From the NCBI GenBank assembly GCA_038087875.1, contig CM075999.1, forward strand, positions 62,001 through 126,000: 64,000 bases of DNA, read 5' to 3'. This document shows, piece after piece, positions 35,962 to 49,231 of this stretch (position 1 is the stretch's first letter; every line of letters begins with the position of its first letter). The stretch comes from Malacoraja senta (lineage: Eukaryota). The position numbers and the translations under genes are program-made. The notes below the pieces were generated by a model that made no database searches, was not told the origin of the DNA, and was given only the letters and a program-made list of their open reading frames with translations.

Positions 35962-36134
35962 TGTACTGACTCAGAGGTCTACTATTTTTGCACAACAATC
36001 GTTCCACTTTGTACTGATTTATGATTGTACTTGGGTATCGTGTAACTCTAGTGAATTATTTGCAAAACAAAGAATTTCACTGTGTCTCGGTACATGTGAC
36101 AATAAAATACCCTTGAATCAATGAATACTGAAGG

Positions 36135-38087
36135 ACGTGACTAGGTTTGGTGGGAAGAAGACGTCACGTGGCTTAGGGGTGTGCCCTGTTATATATATAG
36201 AACTTTGGGAGAACTCTCCCCAGTCGCGTGTGAGCTGTTCTTTGTTTATCTCAATGAAGATCACTTTGTTTAACAACACGTGTCTCACTATATTGGTGAC
36301 CCCGACGATCCAAAACGGTTATTTTGGATTTGAATAATGGATGTAGCCAACACACAACCTGTAGTTTCCGTCAATCCGGCCCAGCAAAACACTGTCACTC
36401 TTAAGCTGCCCGTGTTCTGGGCATCGCAGCCCCAAGTGTGGTTTCAGCAGGCCCGAGGCCTAGTTCCACATTCACCGCATCACAGCTGATGACACCCAGT
36501 ACTATTATGTGGTCGGTGCGCTGGATCAGGAGACGGCCGGTCACCCGGTCCCTTACCTATGCATGCTGCCGGCTGCGGACAAGTACGAGGGCATCAAAGC
36601 GCTTCTCCAGTGTACCTTCGGGCGCCGCGGCTCATGCACATGGGCGGGCTCGGCGATCGCAAGCCATCGGTGCTCATGAGCGAAATGCTCACTCTGATGG
36701 ACGGTCATCAGCCCTGTCTCCTGTTTGAATACATCTTTCTGGAGCAGATGCCGGACGACATCCGCCTGCTCCTCGTGGGTGAGAATTTTGAAGACCCCCT
36801 GCAGCTAGCGGAGCGTGCAGATGAGCTGTGGCAGTCCAAGCAGCAGGGTGGCGGTTCACTCGATCGGGGGTCGGCAGTGCCTTGGAAGGCCCAGAGACCA
36901 GGCCCTGTATCCACCCGGAGTTCGGCTGCGCCGGTGGTCCGGGAGAAGCCAGTAAAGGGAAGTGCTGTTACTATCATTAATGCTGGGGTTTCGCGGTCCG
37001 TCAATGCCGTCTGCCCTGCTCGTTTCTGGGGAAACGCCGGGGCCGGCTGCGAGTAATCGGTGTGGCGGTCGGCCAGATACACCGCCTCTACGCTTGGGAC
37101 AACGGGACAACGGTTCCTCGTTGATAGGGAGGCGGAGGTTAGCATTTTGCCCCCATCGGGGTCGACACTCGTTCCAGCGGCCTGTGGGTTGCAGGAGCCA
37201 CCCTCGTCTGTGTTGGTCTGTTTGCGGGAGAAGGTGGGCAGGCTCTCTCCTGTCCCAACGTTACGCCATGGGATGGTTCGTTCCCTGCTCTCCAAGACTT
37301 TTTTTTAATCAAAAGAATTTATTCAATTATTAAAAAATAATATTTACACTACAATAAAACAAGCCAGAACCCACCACCATAATACAATACAAACAAATAT
37401 CCATAATAAACTACTATACAACTATGTTCCAATCCTTATTGAGGATACATTCAACACCTGCGGAGCCTAGCGGTCCGAAACTCTGTCAGGGTGCCTGTGG
37501 ACAGGGCGTATTCTCTTTCTAACCCTACCTGGGCACGGACGTAACCCCGAAAAAGGGGCAGGCAGCCGGCTCGGGTAGAGCCTTCCACCGCCTGGCGCCT
37601 TGACTAACTCCAGGACTGTTTGTATGTGTTCCTGCTCCACGACGCACACCGGTCGCCGCTGTAGCGTCCGGATGAGGGTCCTTTCCGGGTGTTGCAGCAT
37701 GGACATACCATTTTTGTTTTGGACAATGGGGGGCAGCGTGAGACTGTGTCGGTGGCTCGCCTGAAGAAGGCCCATTTGGACATTAGTGAACCCGTGCAGG
37801 TGGCCCAGCCTCGTCGTCTGGGGTGCCCGTGGTCCCGGCCACTTCTGATTTCGTCTTTACCAGTTGTGTCCCCTGTGCGGGGGGATGTGTGTACGAGGTC
37901 CGGCTGCTCGTTCATCTGCCGTTTCGTTTTCATGCCTCTGGTTCTGGGGGGGGGGGGCTGTGAACCCTCTGCCCTATGACTGGCAGTGACACGTGACTAG
38001 GTTTGGCGGGAAGAAGTTGTCACGTGGCTTAGGGATGTGCCCTGTTATATATATAGAACTTTGGGAGATCCCTCCCCAGTCGCGTGT
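36135..38087 (+). mobile_element. degenerate Ty3/Gypsy (Mag-like) LTR retrotransposon, internally deleted
   Basis: LTRs 36135-36292 and 37959-38087; PBS tggtgaccccgacg (36294-36307, matches tRNA-Trp 3' end); gag LKLPVFWASQPQVWFQQA...LGDRKPSVLMSEML; protease-like FLVDREAEVSILP; integrase C-terminus GPFRVLQH...ETVSVARLKKAHLD; poly-G PPT 37946-37957. Confidence 0.9.
37299..37600 (-). mobile_element. Tx1-like (L1 clade) LINE 3' end inserted in the Gypsy element
   Basis: Minus strand RRQAVEGSTRAGCLPLFRGYVRAQVGLEREYALSTGTL, then a 3' UTR with AATAAA and an A-tail. Confidence 0.7.
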
Positions 38088-38199
38088 CATGCTTTTGAGT
38101 CCTCCATCGTTGCTCCGGCACTCCGTGCCGCTGAAGGCCATGTCTGATTCATACCCTTGTCCGCCCTTTGTGAGCCTCCATCGGCACCCGATCCACGCA

Positions 38200-38447
38200 T
38201 CCATGAGGAGGAATGTCTTTAGTCAAAGGGTGGCGGATCTGTGGAATTCTTTGCTACAGAAGCTGTGGAGGCCAAGTCAATGGATATTTTTAAGGCAGAG
38301 ATTGATAGATTCTTGATTAGTACTGGTGTCAGGGGTTAGAAGGTGAAGGCAGGAGAACGTGGTTAGGAGGGAGAGATAAATCAGCCATGATTGAATGGAA
38401 GAGCAGACTTGATGGGCAGAATGGTCTAATTCTTCTATCACTTATGA
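38200..38447 (+). mobile_element. CR1-like 3' fragment
   Basis: MRRNVFSQRVADLWNSL plus conserved tail. Confidence 0.85.
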
Positions 38448-38969
38448 CATTTGTTCCGGCTGCTGCAGGGCTTCCAGCAGTCCACTCTACCGACACCTCG
38501 TGTCTACCGACACCTACCGACGTGCCGCCCCCTAACACTCTGGGGGTACAGGGAATGGAGATGGCCCAGTCAGAAACATGTTTAGATGACCCACACACTA
38601 TAGAATGCTGTAAAGTAATTCCCTGCAAAATAACAATGTTGCATAGTTTGGTTATGTGTCCATTGCGGCAGTGAATCAGACACATTGAAATTGCTGGTTA
38701 AAGTGTGGCATTAAATACTTGACAAAAAAAATTACAGCTGAATATTATAAATAGCAGACAAGGCCAGCAGCGAAATGAGGTGTTCAGGGGATTAGACTCG
38801 GTAATATGGATCAGCAGTTTCAAATCCTTCTTTGTGCTTTGGCTCAAAGTAAGAATTATTACCTTGAGATTTAGTCAATTCAATCTTTAGCTCAATTGGT
38901 AGTCACGTTTATTTTTGTTGCCTTCAATGCAAATATTATATCTCACTTGATTCTCATGCTTTTGCAAAT

Positions 38970-41881
38970 GCTTAAGGATTTCTTGGAATGTATGTGGGAT
39001 AGTTTTCTAAACCAACATGTAGAGGAACCAACGAGAGAGCAGGCTATTCCAGACTGGGTATTGAGTAGTGAGGAAGGGTTAGCTAGCAGTCTTGTTGTGC
39101 CTGACCCCTTGCGCAAGAGTGACCATAATATGGTTGAGTTCTTCATTAGAATGGAGAGTGACATAGTTAATTCAGAAACAAGGGTTCTGAACTTAAAGAA
39201 AGGTAACTTTGAGGGTATGAGATGTGAATTGGCCAAGATAGACTGGCAATTGATTCTTAAAGGGTTGACGGTGGATATGCAATGGAAGGCATTTAAAGAC
39301 CGCATGGATGAACTACAACAATTGTTCATCCCAGTTTGGCAAAAGAATAAATCAGGGAAGGTAGTGCATCCGTGGATAACAAGGGAAATCAGGGATAGTA
39401 TCAAAACAAAAGATGAAGCATACAAATTAGCCAGAAAAAGCAGCCTACCAGAGGACTGGGAGAAATTCATATTCCAGCAGGGGAGGACAAAGGGCTAAAT
39501 TAGGAAAGGGAAAATAGATTATGAAAGAAAACTGGCAGGGAACATAAAAACTGACTGAGGTTAGTTAAACCTCCAGAACTGCTTTTCGAGTCCCTATCTG
39601 GTCGGAGGGGTTGCCTTCCTCCGAGCAGCGCCTTCGACCTGTCCTTGCGGCCTACCAGCAGGTCCTGGAGCGACGTTTCCCTGAGGGGACCTGGCCAGAA
39701 CATCGGGTTTGGCGGCGGCGCAGAACATCGGCTTTGGCGGCGGTGCAGCGCTGGAGCGCTGTCGTGGAGTGGGCGATGCCTTTCCTGGGCCGCCGCGCTG
39801 GAACTCCAGTATGCTGGGACCGCCGATGAGAACATCGCGGAGCCGCGGTTCTGTGGAGCGGCCAGCTGCGACGCTGAACGTTACATCCCGGAGCCTGGGA
39901 TCTCTCGCTGAGATCGCCAGTGTGTGGAGCTCCATCTGGCACGGTCTGTTGGCTTGGAAGCCGCGGTCTCCGGTGGGAAGGCGGCCGTTCCTGGCACCCC
40001 AAGCCGCTGGGGGTTCTCCCGACGCCGGAGCACCATCACCCGGCGAGAACATCGGGCGCCGTGGTGGCGACTGTGGAGGCCTCAATAGGCCCGACTCTGG
40101 GTGGACAAGAGGATGGGGACTGGACTTTGTGCCTTCCCCCACAGTGGGAACCACTGTGGGGGGATGTTTTTGTGTTTTTGTGTTGAACTTCTTTTTGAAT
40201 ACTATGTTGTATTTTTATTAGTGTGCTGCAAGGACATCCGAATTTCCCTTGAATAAGGGGATTAATAAAGTATAATCTAATCTAATCTAATCTAAAACAA
40301 ATGTAGGTCCCTTGCAGTCAGAAACAGATGAATTGATCATGGGGAACAAGGACATGGCAGACCAATTGAATAACTACTTTGGTTCTGTCTTCACTAAGGA
40401 AGACTTAATTAACCTGCCGGAAATAGCAGGGGACCGGGGGTCAAATGAGCTGGAGGAACTGTGTGAAATCCAGGTTAGTCGGGAAGTGGGGTTAGGTAAA
40501 TTAAATGGATTAAAGGCCGATAAATCCCCAAGGCCAGATAGGATGCATCCCAGAGTACTTAAGGAAGTAGCCCCAGAAATAGTGGATGCATTAGTGATCA
40601 TTTTTCAAAACTCTTTAGATTCTGGAGTAGTTCCTGAGCATTGGAGGGTACCTAATGTAACCCCACTTTTTAAAAAGGGAGGGAGAGAGAAGACGGGGAA
40701 TTACAGACCAGTTAGTCTAACATTGGTAGTGGGGAAAATGCTAGAGTCAGTTATTAAAGATGGGATAGCAGCACATTTGGAAAGTGGTGAAATCATTGGA
40801 CAAAGTCAGCATGGATTTATGAAAGGTGAATCATGTCTGACAAATCTTATAGAAATTTTCGAGGATGTAACTAGTAGAGTGGATAAGGGAGAACCAGTGG
40901 ATCTGTTATATCTGGACTTTCAGAAGGCCTTCGACAAGGTCCCTCATAAGAGATTAGTATGCAAACTTAAAGCACACGATATTGGGGGTTCAGTATTGAT
41001 GTGGATAAAGAACTGGCTGGCAGAGAGGAAGCAAAGAGTAGGAGTAAACGGGTCCTTTTCAGAATGGCAGGCAGTGACTAGTGGAGTACCGCAAGGCTCA
41101 GTGCCTGGACCCCAGCTATTTACAATATATATTAATGATTTGGACGAGGGAATTGAATGCAACATCTCCAAGTTTGCGGATGATATGAAGCTGGGGGGCA
41201 GTGTTAGCTGTGAGGAGGATGCTAGGAGGCTGCAAGGTGACTTGGATAGGTTGGGTGAGTGGGCAAATGCATGGCAGTTGCAGTATAATGTGGATAAATG
41301 TGAGGTTATCCACTTTGGTGGCAAGAACAGGAAAATAGACTAATCTGAGGAAAGACATTCTTGCCATAGAGTGAGTACAGAGAAGGTTCACCAGACTGAT
41401 TCCTGGGATGGCAGGACTTTCATATGAAGAAAGATTGGATAGACTCGGCTTGTACTCGCTGGAATTTAGAAGATTGAGGGGGGATCTTATAGAAACTTAC
41501 AAAATTCTTAAGGGGTTGGACGGGCTAGATGCAAGAAGATTGTTCCCGATGTTGGGGAAGACCAGAACAAGGGGTCACAGTTTAAGGATAAGGGGGAAGT
41601 CTTTTAGGACCAAGATGAGAAAAAAAAATTCACACAGAGAGTGGTGAATCTGTGGAATTCTCTGTCACAGAAAGTAGTTGAGGCCAGTTCATTGGCTATA
41701 TTTAAGAGGGAGTTAGATGTGGCCCTTGTGGCTAAAGGGATCAGGGGGTATGGAGAGAAGGCAGGTACAGGGGGATACTGAGTTGGATGATCAGCCATGA
41801 TCATATTGAATAGTGGTGCAGGCTCGAAGGGCCGAATGGCCTACTCCTGCACCTATTTTCTATGTTTCTATGTTTCTATGT
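38970..41881 (+). mobile_element. CR1-like LINE (endonuclease C-terminus, RT, 3' end), interrupted and internally deleted
   Basis: QHVEEPTREQAI...SDHNMVEF; RT 40312-41343 NYRPVSLT, YLDFQKAFDKVPH, GVPQGSV, KFADD; (TTTCTATG)n tail. Confidence 0.95.
39570..40292 (+). mobile_element. GC-rich non-autonomous element (diverged copy 2) inserted in CR1
   Basis: Interrupts the CR1 linker; similar to 5654-6525 and 56330-56908; AATAAA followed by (TCTAA)n tail. Confidence 0.65.
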
Positions 41882-41964
41882 TAAGAAATTTGCACGGGCA
41901 AATGTCCAGAACTCTTTCAGGTATACGCACTTATATCTGACAATTATTAAAGATAACAACTCTC

Positions 41965-42272
41965 GCGTGGCGTAGTTGGTCGAGCCGTTACCTCACAGCG
42001 CCAGAGTTCCGGATTTGATCCTGATCTTGGGTGATGTCTGTGCACATTTTACACATTCTCCCGTGCAGGTTTCCTCCGGATGCTCCGGTGTTCTCCCACA
42101 TCCCAAAGACGAGCGGGTTTGTTGGCTGATTGGCCTCTGCAAAATTGCCGCTATTGTGTAAGGATGAGTGGATGATAAATGTGGGATAACATAGAACTAG
42201 TGTGAACAGTTCAGCGTGGACCCAGTGGCCTGAATGGCCAGATTCCATGCCATATCTCTAAACCAAACCAAA
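41965..42272 (+). mobile_element. V-SINE
   Basis: Head gtggcgtagttggtcgagc, V-domain, (aacca)n tail. Confidence 0.8.
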
Positions 42273-43219
42273 CCTCAAAGGTATCAGAGGATTGACTGAA
42301 AAATGAATACTAACTTAGACAATTACCTCCTTCATGCAAGTTGGAAGAATGGCACGTGATACTCCACTTGGGAAGTTAGAATCCAATAATATGAACATTG
42401 AATTGTCCCCCCCCTCTCCCTCTCTTACCCCCCCCCCACCCTGATGTGCCCTCAGTTCTTCCCATCATCAACCTGCTCTATTCCCCTCTTTCATACACAT
42501 CTCCCATCCCTGAGTCCTCCATTTTCTTTTTATCCCCTCTCCGTTCCTCTCTATTTCCCTCCACCTACATCCCTCCCTCGCTTTACTTTTTACTCCTCCT
42601 CCCCTCTCGTTATCTGACATCCTTTTGTCTCTTTTTCACCGCTAACCTTTTTCAGTTCATTCACCCAATCAACCCCCTTTTGCGTGTATCCAGCTATCAC
42701 TTGCCAGGCATGGTTCTGCCCCCACCTCTCTTTCCTAGCTTGGAAACATCACCTGCCCATTCCCTCCACATTTGCCGCCGACCTGCTGCATTCTTCCAGC
42801 ACTTGGCGCTTTGTTCAAGGAAGACATTGAAGCAGCAATGTCATCTATTTACATTTTGCATCCGTTATTTCTCTTGCAGTTTTGATGAAAGTCCAAGAGC
42901 CCAGAAGAGCACGAGCTTTATATCAGTTATAATTATGCTGTCACATAGTGGTATATCACAGGCATTATTTTGTTCCAGGAAATAGGTTCTTGGCTGACCC
43001 GTACTTACAGCGCAAGAACTGGAACCAAGAATCAATCGCGCCTTCATCCTACCCTGATTGCTGCTTCCTGTAATTGTCAAGATTTACACTATTTACTCAG
43101 GAAAAGTCAGGAAGATTAACTTCAGCTCTTGGACAGGAGTCTTATAAACTTGGAGAGCTGTTTCAGTAATCTTGCATTTGATTCCTGGGGCTAATAAAAT
43201 ATTAAGTCAACTATTTAAG

Positions 43220-44128
43220 TTTTGATTGATTGAAAGATACAGCATGGAATCAGGCCCTTTGGCCCACCGAGTCCATGCCGACCATCGATCCGTGTGCGGA
43301 CATAGCGCCGACGGACGAGAAGCCGAAGCAAAGAAGTCTAAGCCAAAGAACCGAATGGAAACGAGGCCAAAATGCCAAAAAAACGAAAGAGTACGAAGAC
43401 GAAACAGCAACTAACCGAAAGGATGGGACGCCTAAATGCAAACTAACCAAAAGGGCGGGATGCCTAAAAGCCAACGAACTGAAAAGCTTCGTCGCCTAAA
43501 AGCAAACTTACCGAATCGCCGCTCTGTCGAAACAACCACCCAACATCATGTCCGTTATTGGACTTTTCTGTTGAGTGGCAATCGGTTCGTTGGCGTGTAG
43601 GCGACGCCGCCTTTCGGGTAGGTGGCATTTTGTCAGAGCGGCCATTCGGTGAGTTTGCTCTTAGGCGACGGCTTTTCGGTTCGTTGGCTTTTAGGCGTCC
43701 CGCCCTTTTGGTTAGTTTGTATTTAGGCGTCCCATCCTTTCGGTTAGTAGGTGTTTCATCTTCGTACTCTTTTGTTTTTTTGGCGTTTCGGCCTCGTTTC
43801 CATTCGGTTCTTTGGCTTTGACTTCTTTGCTTCGGCTTCTCGTCCGTCGGCGCCACGTCCGGGTACCCATCGATCATCCATTAACACAAGTTCTATGTTA
43901 TCTCACTTTTATCATGCACTCCCTACACATTAGGGGCAATTTACAGAGGCCAATTAACTAATAAACCTCCATGTCTTTGGGACGTGGGATGAAACCAGAG
44001 CACACGGAAGAAACCCACGTGGCCACGTGGGGAATGTGCAATCTCCACATGGATATAACCCGAGGTCAGGGTCAAACCTGGGTCTTTGGCACTGTAAGAC
44101 AGCAACACTACCAGCTGCACCTCTGTGG
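43220..44128 (-). mobile_element. V-SINE split by a foldback element
   Basis: SINE tail at 43220-43290; body and head at 43867-44128. Confidence 0.8.
43291..43866. mobile_element. Foldback-type DNA element (copy 2), 9-bp TSD
   Basis: Almost entirely inverted arms (43291-43540 vs 43620-43866); ccatcgatc duplicated at 43282-43290 and 43867-43875. Confidence 0.85.
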
Positions 44129-44739
44129 CCTCCTCATCTCAGTTATGGTTATGGCTCCTCATTTTGCCAGTAATATGATAAACTTGTACACATCTGGGAA
44201 ACTGTTAAAACTCAAAGTGCTGAAGTAACTCAACGAGTCAGGTGGCACATGTGGAGGGAATGGACAGATGATGTTTCGGTTCAGGATCCTTCTTCAGACT
44301 GATTAGAGAAGGGAGGAGAAAACTCGAATAGAGAGGTGGGGGCAGGACAAAGCCTGGCAAGTGATAGGTGGGTACAGGTGAGCGGTGTGTTAGATCAGTA
44401 GCCAGGTGGTGTAAGTGTAACTTTCCTGCTCTGTTACGGAACCTAGTGATAGTTAAGCAAGGCATAAACATCAGAAACATTTTGGTTGAGTTATTAATGG
44501 GAGCAAGGAGGATTTTTATCTTTCTGTTTCATTTTGCAGCTTATATGTATGACCTTCATTGTAGTATTTGTCGTGTTAAACCATCTCCATCACCACACCT
44601 GAAATTGTCTATGAAGTTCTTGATTTAATCAATATTAAATCCATCTCAGAGAAAGAGGAAGTTTCACATAATCCCATCAACAAAATTAAATGGAAGGTTG
44701 TTAATTGACAATTATTATGGACAAATGCCAGGGAACGAA

Positions 44740-45115
44740 GGAGATTACAAAAAAATGGTTGACACTGCCCTGTCCATCTCGGGATTTGACCTCCCCACCA
44801 TCGAAGGGATTTATGGGAGGCACTATCTCAAAATAGCAGCTAGCATTATCAAAGACCCACACCACCCTGGCCATGCTCTCATTTCACTCCTTCCATCAGG
44901 GAAAAAAGTATAGGAGTCTGAAAACCATGATATCCAGGTTCAAGAACAGTTACTTCCCAACATTCATCAGGCTCTTGAACAGTATAAACTATACGAACTG
45001 TCCAGGTTGCAATAAGGACTTTGTGCATTTTTACACTAATATTGGATTTAATTTATTGAACTTTTGAAAAATTATATTATCTATGAAAACTGTGTTTACA
45101 GACCTGTTATGCTGC
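44740..45115 (+). mobile_element. Rex1/Babar 3' fragment
   Basis: LPTIEGIY...AASIIKDPHHPGHALISLLPSG, SRFKNSYFPTFIRLLN. Confidence 0.8.
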
Positions 45116-46094
45116 TCTGAGTCAAGGAGATCAATTGATGACATTCACAGATTGTGCTACGTTGAAATTTGTCACTATTGAAAAATTATCTTCATAGCCC
45201 AATAAACGCCTATTGCATTTTCTCAATGAAAATCAACAAAAAAATACACTGCAGATGCTGGAAATCAGACAGTAAGAAATAGAAAAATATCAGAAACATT
45301 CAGCAGGGTAGACATCATCTGTGGGGAGAGAACCACAGAGTTGTTGTCTCAGATCTAAGGTGCTTTATCAGAGTTGGGAAAGAGGGAAAAACAAATAATT
45401 TTAAGCAGAACACCAAACATAGAACTATCCATGTAGTCCAGAGATGCTGCCTGGCCCACGGAGTTACTACAGCATTTTTTGTTGTTGTTGTAAACCAGCC
45501 TCTGCAGTTCCTTGTGTAAATATAGAACAGGACAGGGGCAGGCATCTGGCCCACAATGACTGCGCTATACATGATGCCAAGATAAACTCATTTATTTTCC
45601 CTGCATGTGGTCCATACTCCCCCCCCCCACCTAAAACCACACCCACCACCATTCCATTCCAATCCATGCGCCCGATCCAAAAACCTCTTGTCATGTCTAC
45701 CACTATCGTATCTACCTCCATCACCACCCCTGACAACACTTTCCAGGTACCCACTATTATCTATAAATAAACTTGCCCCACACATCTCCTTTAAACTTTG
45801 CCCCTCCCACCATAATCTTCTAATCTTTGATATTTCCACCCCGGGGGAAAGACGTTTCTAACTGTCTATTCTATCAATGCCTCTCATAATTTTGGATTCT
45901 TCAATCGGGTCTTCCTTCAACCCTCTGTAGCAGACATAGTGGGAGCGAGAGGAATAGGGCAAAGAGAAGAGCTTGAATCGAGTGATGCCAGGGTTGCTGT
46001 GTCTTTTATGCTGTCAACTCATTACTTTAATGAGGGAGGTTCAAGAAAGGCATCATTAAATGAGGTACATCAAAACTGAAATGCAGAGCCTGCG

Positions 46095-46097
<3 letters not shown>

Positions 46098-46146
<49 letters not shown>
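46098..46146. repeat. (TA)n microsatellite
   Basis: About 24 TA units. Confidence 0.98.
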
Positions 46147-46147
<1 letters not shown>

Positions 46148-46865
46148 GCAAGGTTTGGTCTGCTAATTGTAATATATTCTCATTAGAGTCAAACTTAAAC
46201 TCAAAACCTACTGCAAAATGCTGCTGCTAAACAGTTGAATGAGAAGATTTTATGAGATAATTTCTGAAATGTCCATTGTACTCAAGATGTATATGTTAAT
46301 AAGCAATTTCAACATCTTGCAATGCTACATACTCGTTGAGGTTAATTTACCTTACTTTTATTGTGCAATAAAGTCTGAATTGATGGACCCTTTCGCTGGG
46401 AGCAATTAAATAAATAGCCAAAAACAGTGAGTGTGCTTATGATTCATTGCTAACCAGACTTTGTCAATGACACAAAGTTTGTTAGAAGTATAGTCAGAGT
46501 CATACAGCGTAGAAACAAGGCCCTCCAGCGCAACTCGCCCACGCTGACCAAGATGTTCCATCTATGCTAGTCCCACCTGCCCACGTTTGGCCCATATCCC
46601 TCTAAACCTTTCCTATTCATGTGCCTGTCCAAGTATCTGTCAATTGCTGTTATAGTACCTGTCAGAAGGCTCAGAAATGGAAAGGACTCGAATGCAGGCT
46701 CACCGAGAAGTACTGAAGAAAACCCCAAATCCAAACACGAATGAAACCGCAAGATATAGACGTGGAACCGACAGAACTCAGAACCGCTATCGAATCGACA
46801 GAATGCAGAACTGATTAATCGGCCCCCAATTGGTGATGATCTCATGTATTTATACCAAGTGATTA

Positions 46866-49231
46866 TGGGTCCCATGCTGCAACTGCATAGTCCAAATGTG
46901 GTCTAACGAGGGTGAAGTATAACTTCTCCATGATAGAAGTTGAACAATGATGAAAGTTGTGTCTCAGAAAATTTAGGATACCTGTTGCTTTCACCGTTGC
47001 ATGATGAGTCTGACCATTCCAACGCAGATCGTTCTGTAATTTGATGCCAAGATACTTGATCTGTTTGGATTCTACCAGGGTGGCACCAAGGATATTGTAT
47101 GATGGTTCGCCTGGTTTCCTCTTTCTGGTGACACGCATGGTTTCACATTTGGAAGGGTTGAACTGCATGCCTCATTGTTGTGACCACTCAACTACAGCAT
47201 CGAGATATTTTTGGAGAGCATCTTTATCATCAGCTGAATTAATTGTACGGTACAGCAAACAATCATCAGCAAATAGTCTGGTCGTGCTTGTGACATTTTC
47301 ATGGATGTCATTAATGTAGCAATGTTACAAAATTTTGAGATTTAAAAAATAAAGTCTGCAATTTATCCCATCAGATAAAGCATAAAAAGAAGTTTAATTT
47401 GACACTTAATTCACTTTCATATCTTCAGTATTAAAGAAGTTATGGCCATTATCATACTCAGAAATTAGCATCTAGTTCCCTATTGCTTTTCCATTGACTT
47501 AACACAAAAGCTGTGATCGAGGACAGTTAAAAGCCCATAACTTTCTTAAAAATTATGGTAACTGAAAGAAATTTTCAGGTATTATAGATTGAAGCATTCT
47601 GAAACAAATATGAAACAATCTTACTTCGAAGACATGAAAGTAAAGCATATAATTAGTTAGTTACCTAATTGTAGCTAATTACAAAATTCAATTACTAGAT
47701 CTAAACATCTATCAATTTCTTAAGAATAGATTAACATTTTTAAATAGCCTAAGTGTCCAAATAACATTCACACAATAATTCACAATATAACATAATTTTT
47801 AAATCTAATTTTCATGAATTTACAGGCCAAATGGAAGGAATTGAATGTTTAATACCTGTAAATTAATGGGCATTTAATTCATCTTGCGAGTGAGAATTTC
47901 TGGAACGCGATCTTTTGGAACGTTCATTTGCGATGAATTTAACCCCGTATTGGCATGAAAAATACTGCCGTTAATTCGGGGAATAAAATCACCGTGTCGC
48001 ATGACAAAATGTGAATTAAAGGCTTCTTAAGAAGCACTTTTATACATTTAAAGAAAGCACTTTCGTTTACCTGTCCATTGTGTGAAATCCGTCCCCGTTA
48101 TTGGCGTTGACGCTTCAGGAGCTGCTTTTAAAACTACTATAGCGCTGACATTGACGATTTAATAAATAAAAAAAATTCACAAATCGCCGGTAGGAACGAT
48201 TTTGTCAGCGAAGGTTTGTACTCCAACAAAATATTTCCAGGACAAGGGAGGAGAAACCGCGTTTTAACCCCGCCCCCCCCTTAAAGGCGCCAAAATCGCG
48301 CACACGGCCAGTGGCAGAATTACAGCGCGACTGAAGGTAAGTTTTGTAACATACCTAATTAATGTAAAGCAAAAATAAATGTGGGCCAAGTACTGTGCCC
48401 TGAGGTGTACCACTCAACACTGGACGCCAATCAGAGCTTTTTCCATTCACACACACACGCTGAAGACGTTTTGTCAGAAAACTGGAAATCCATCGTTTTG
48501 TGTTGAATCGAACACCATAGAAGTCAAGCTTCCGATGTAGTCTCTGGTGTGGGATGACATCAAATGCTTTCGAAAAGTCTAGCACTACTAAATCTGTGTT
48601 GACATTGCTATCAAGTTTCTTGGCCAGGTCATTTGTCGTCAGGATAAGCTGAGACTCGCATGATCTATGCCTCCTAAATGCATGTTGGTTGTCATCAATA
48701 ATGTTATGTTTGCTAAGGTGTCTCATCAGATTACTATCGATTAAATGCTCCAGCAGTTTGCAGCAAGTACTTGTTAATGAAACAGGACGATAATTTGCCG
48801 GGTTAGTGGTTGAACCCTTCTTAAAGAGGAGAGTGATGTTAGCCTCCCTCCAATCCAGCGGGACATCACCTGAGTCAAGCGACTGTTGGAAAATGAACTG
48901 CAAAACAGGAGCCAGTTCTTCGGCTGCGATCTTGAGGGCTTGATTCTGTATCTGATCTGGTCCAATAGCTTTTGTTGTAATGATGTTGAGCAATAAATTC
49001 TTGACACCTTCAACCTCAATTTTAATAGCAGGCATATCAGCATACGGGCTGGGCGGTAGATCTGGAAATGATGAAGGCTCCGTATCTTCCCGGGTGAAAA
49101 CGTGTTGAAATTGGTTTGCAGGAGCTTCTGCTTTCGCCTGGTCATCAGTGATCAGACAGTTGTTCACTTTAAGCATTTGGACACCAGTGTTGTCTGTCCA
49201 TCTATATTTCACATATCTCCAAAAAGTGATA
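46866..49231 (-). mobile_element. RTEX/CR1-like LINE RT fragment, truncated at both ends
   Basis: GPDQIQNQALKIAAEELAP...NYRPVSLTSTCCKLLEH...DFSKAFDVIPH...GTPQGTVLGPHLFLLYIN | DIHENVTSTTRLFADDCLLYR...LVRPHLDYAVAAWDP. Confidence 0.85.
47317..48357. mobile_element. non-autonomous DNA transposon, TAG...CTA termini, 7-bp TSD (hAT-like?)
   Basis: TIRs tagcaatgttacaaaa / ttttgtaacataccta; attaatg duplicated at 47310-47316 and 48358-48364; splits the RT at YIN|D. Confidence 0.8.

Noticed and set aside
39500..40221. Overlapping 110-186-aa ORFs as a gene
   Set aside because: They result from high GC content in a repeat, are not maintained in the other copies and show no domain.
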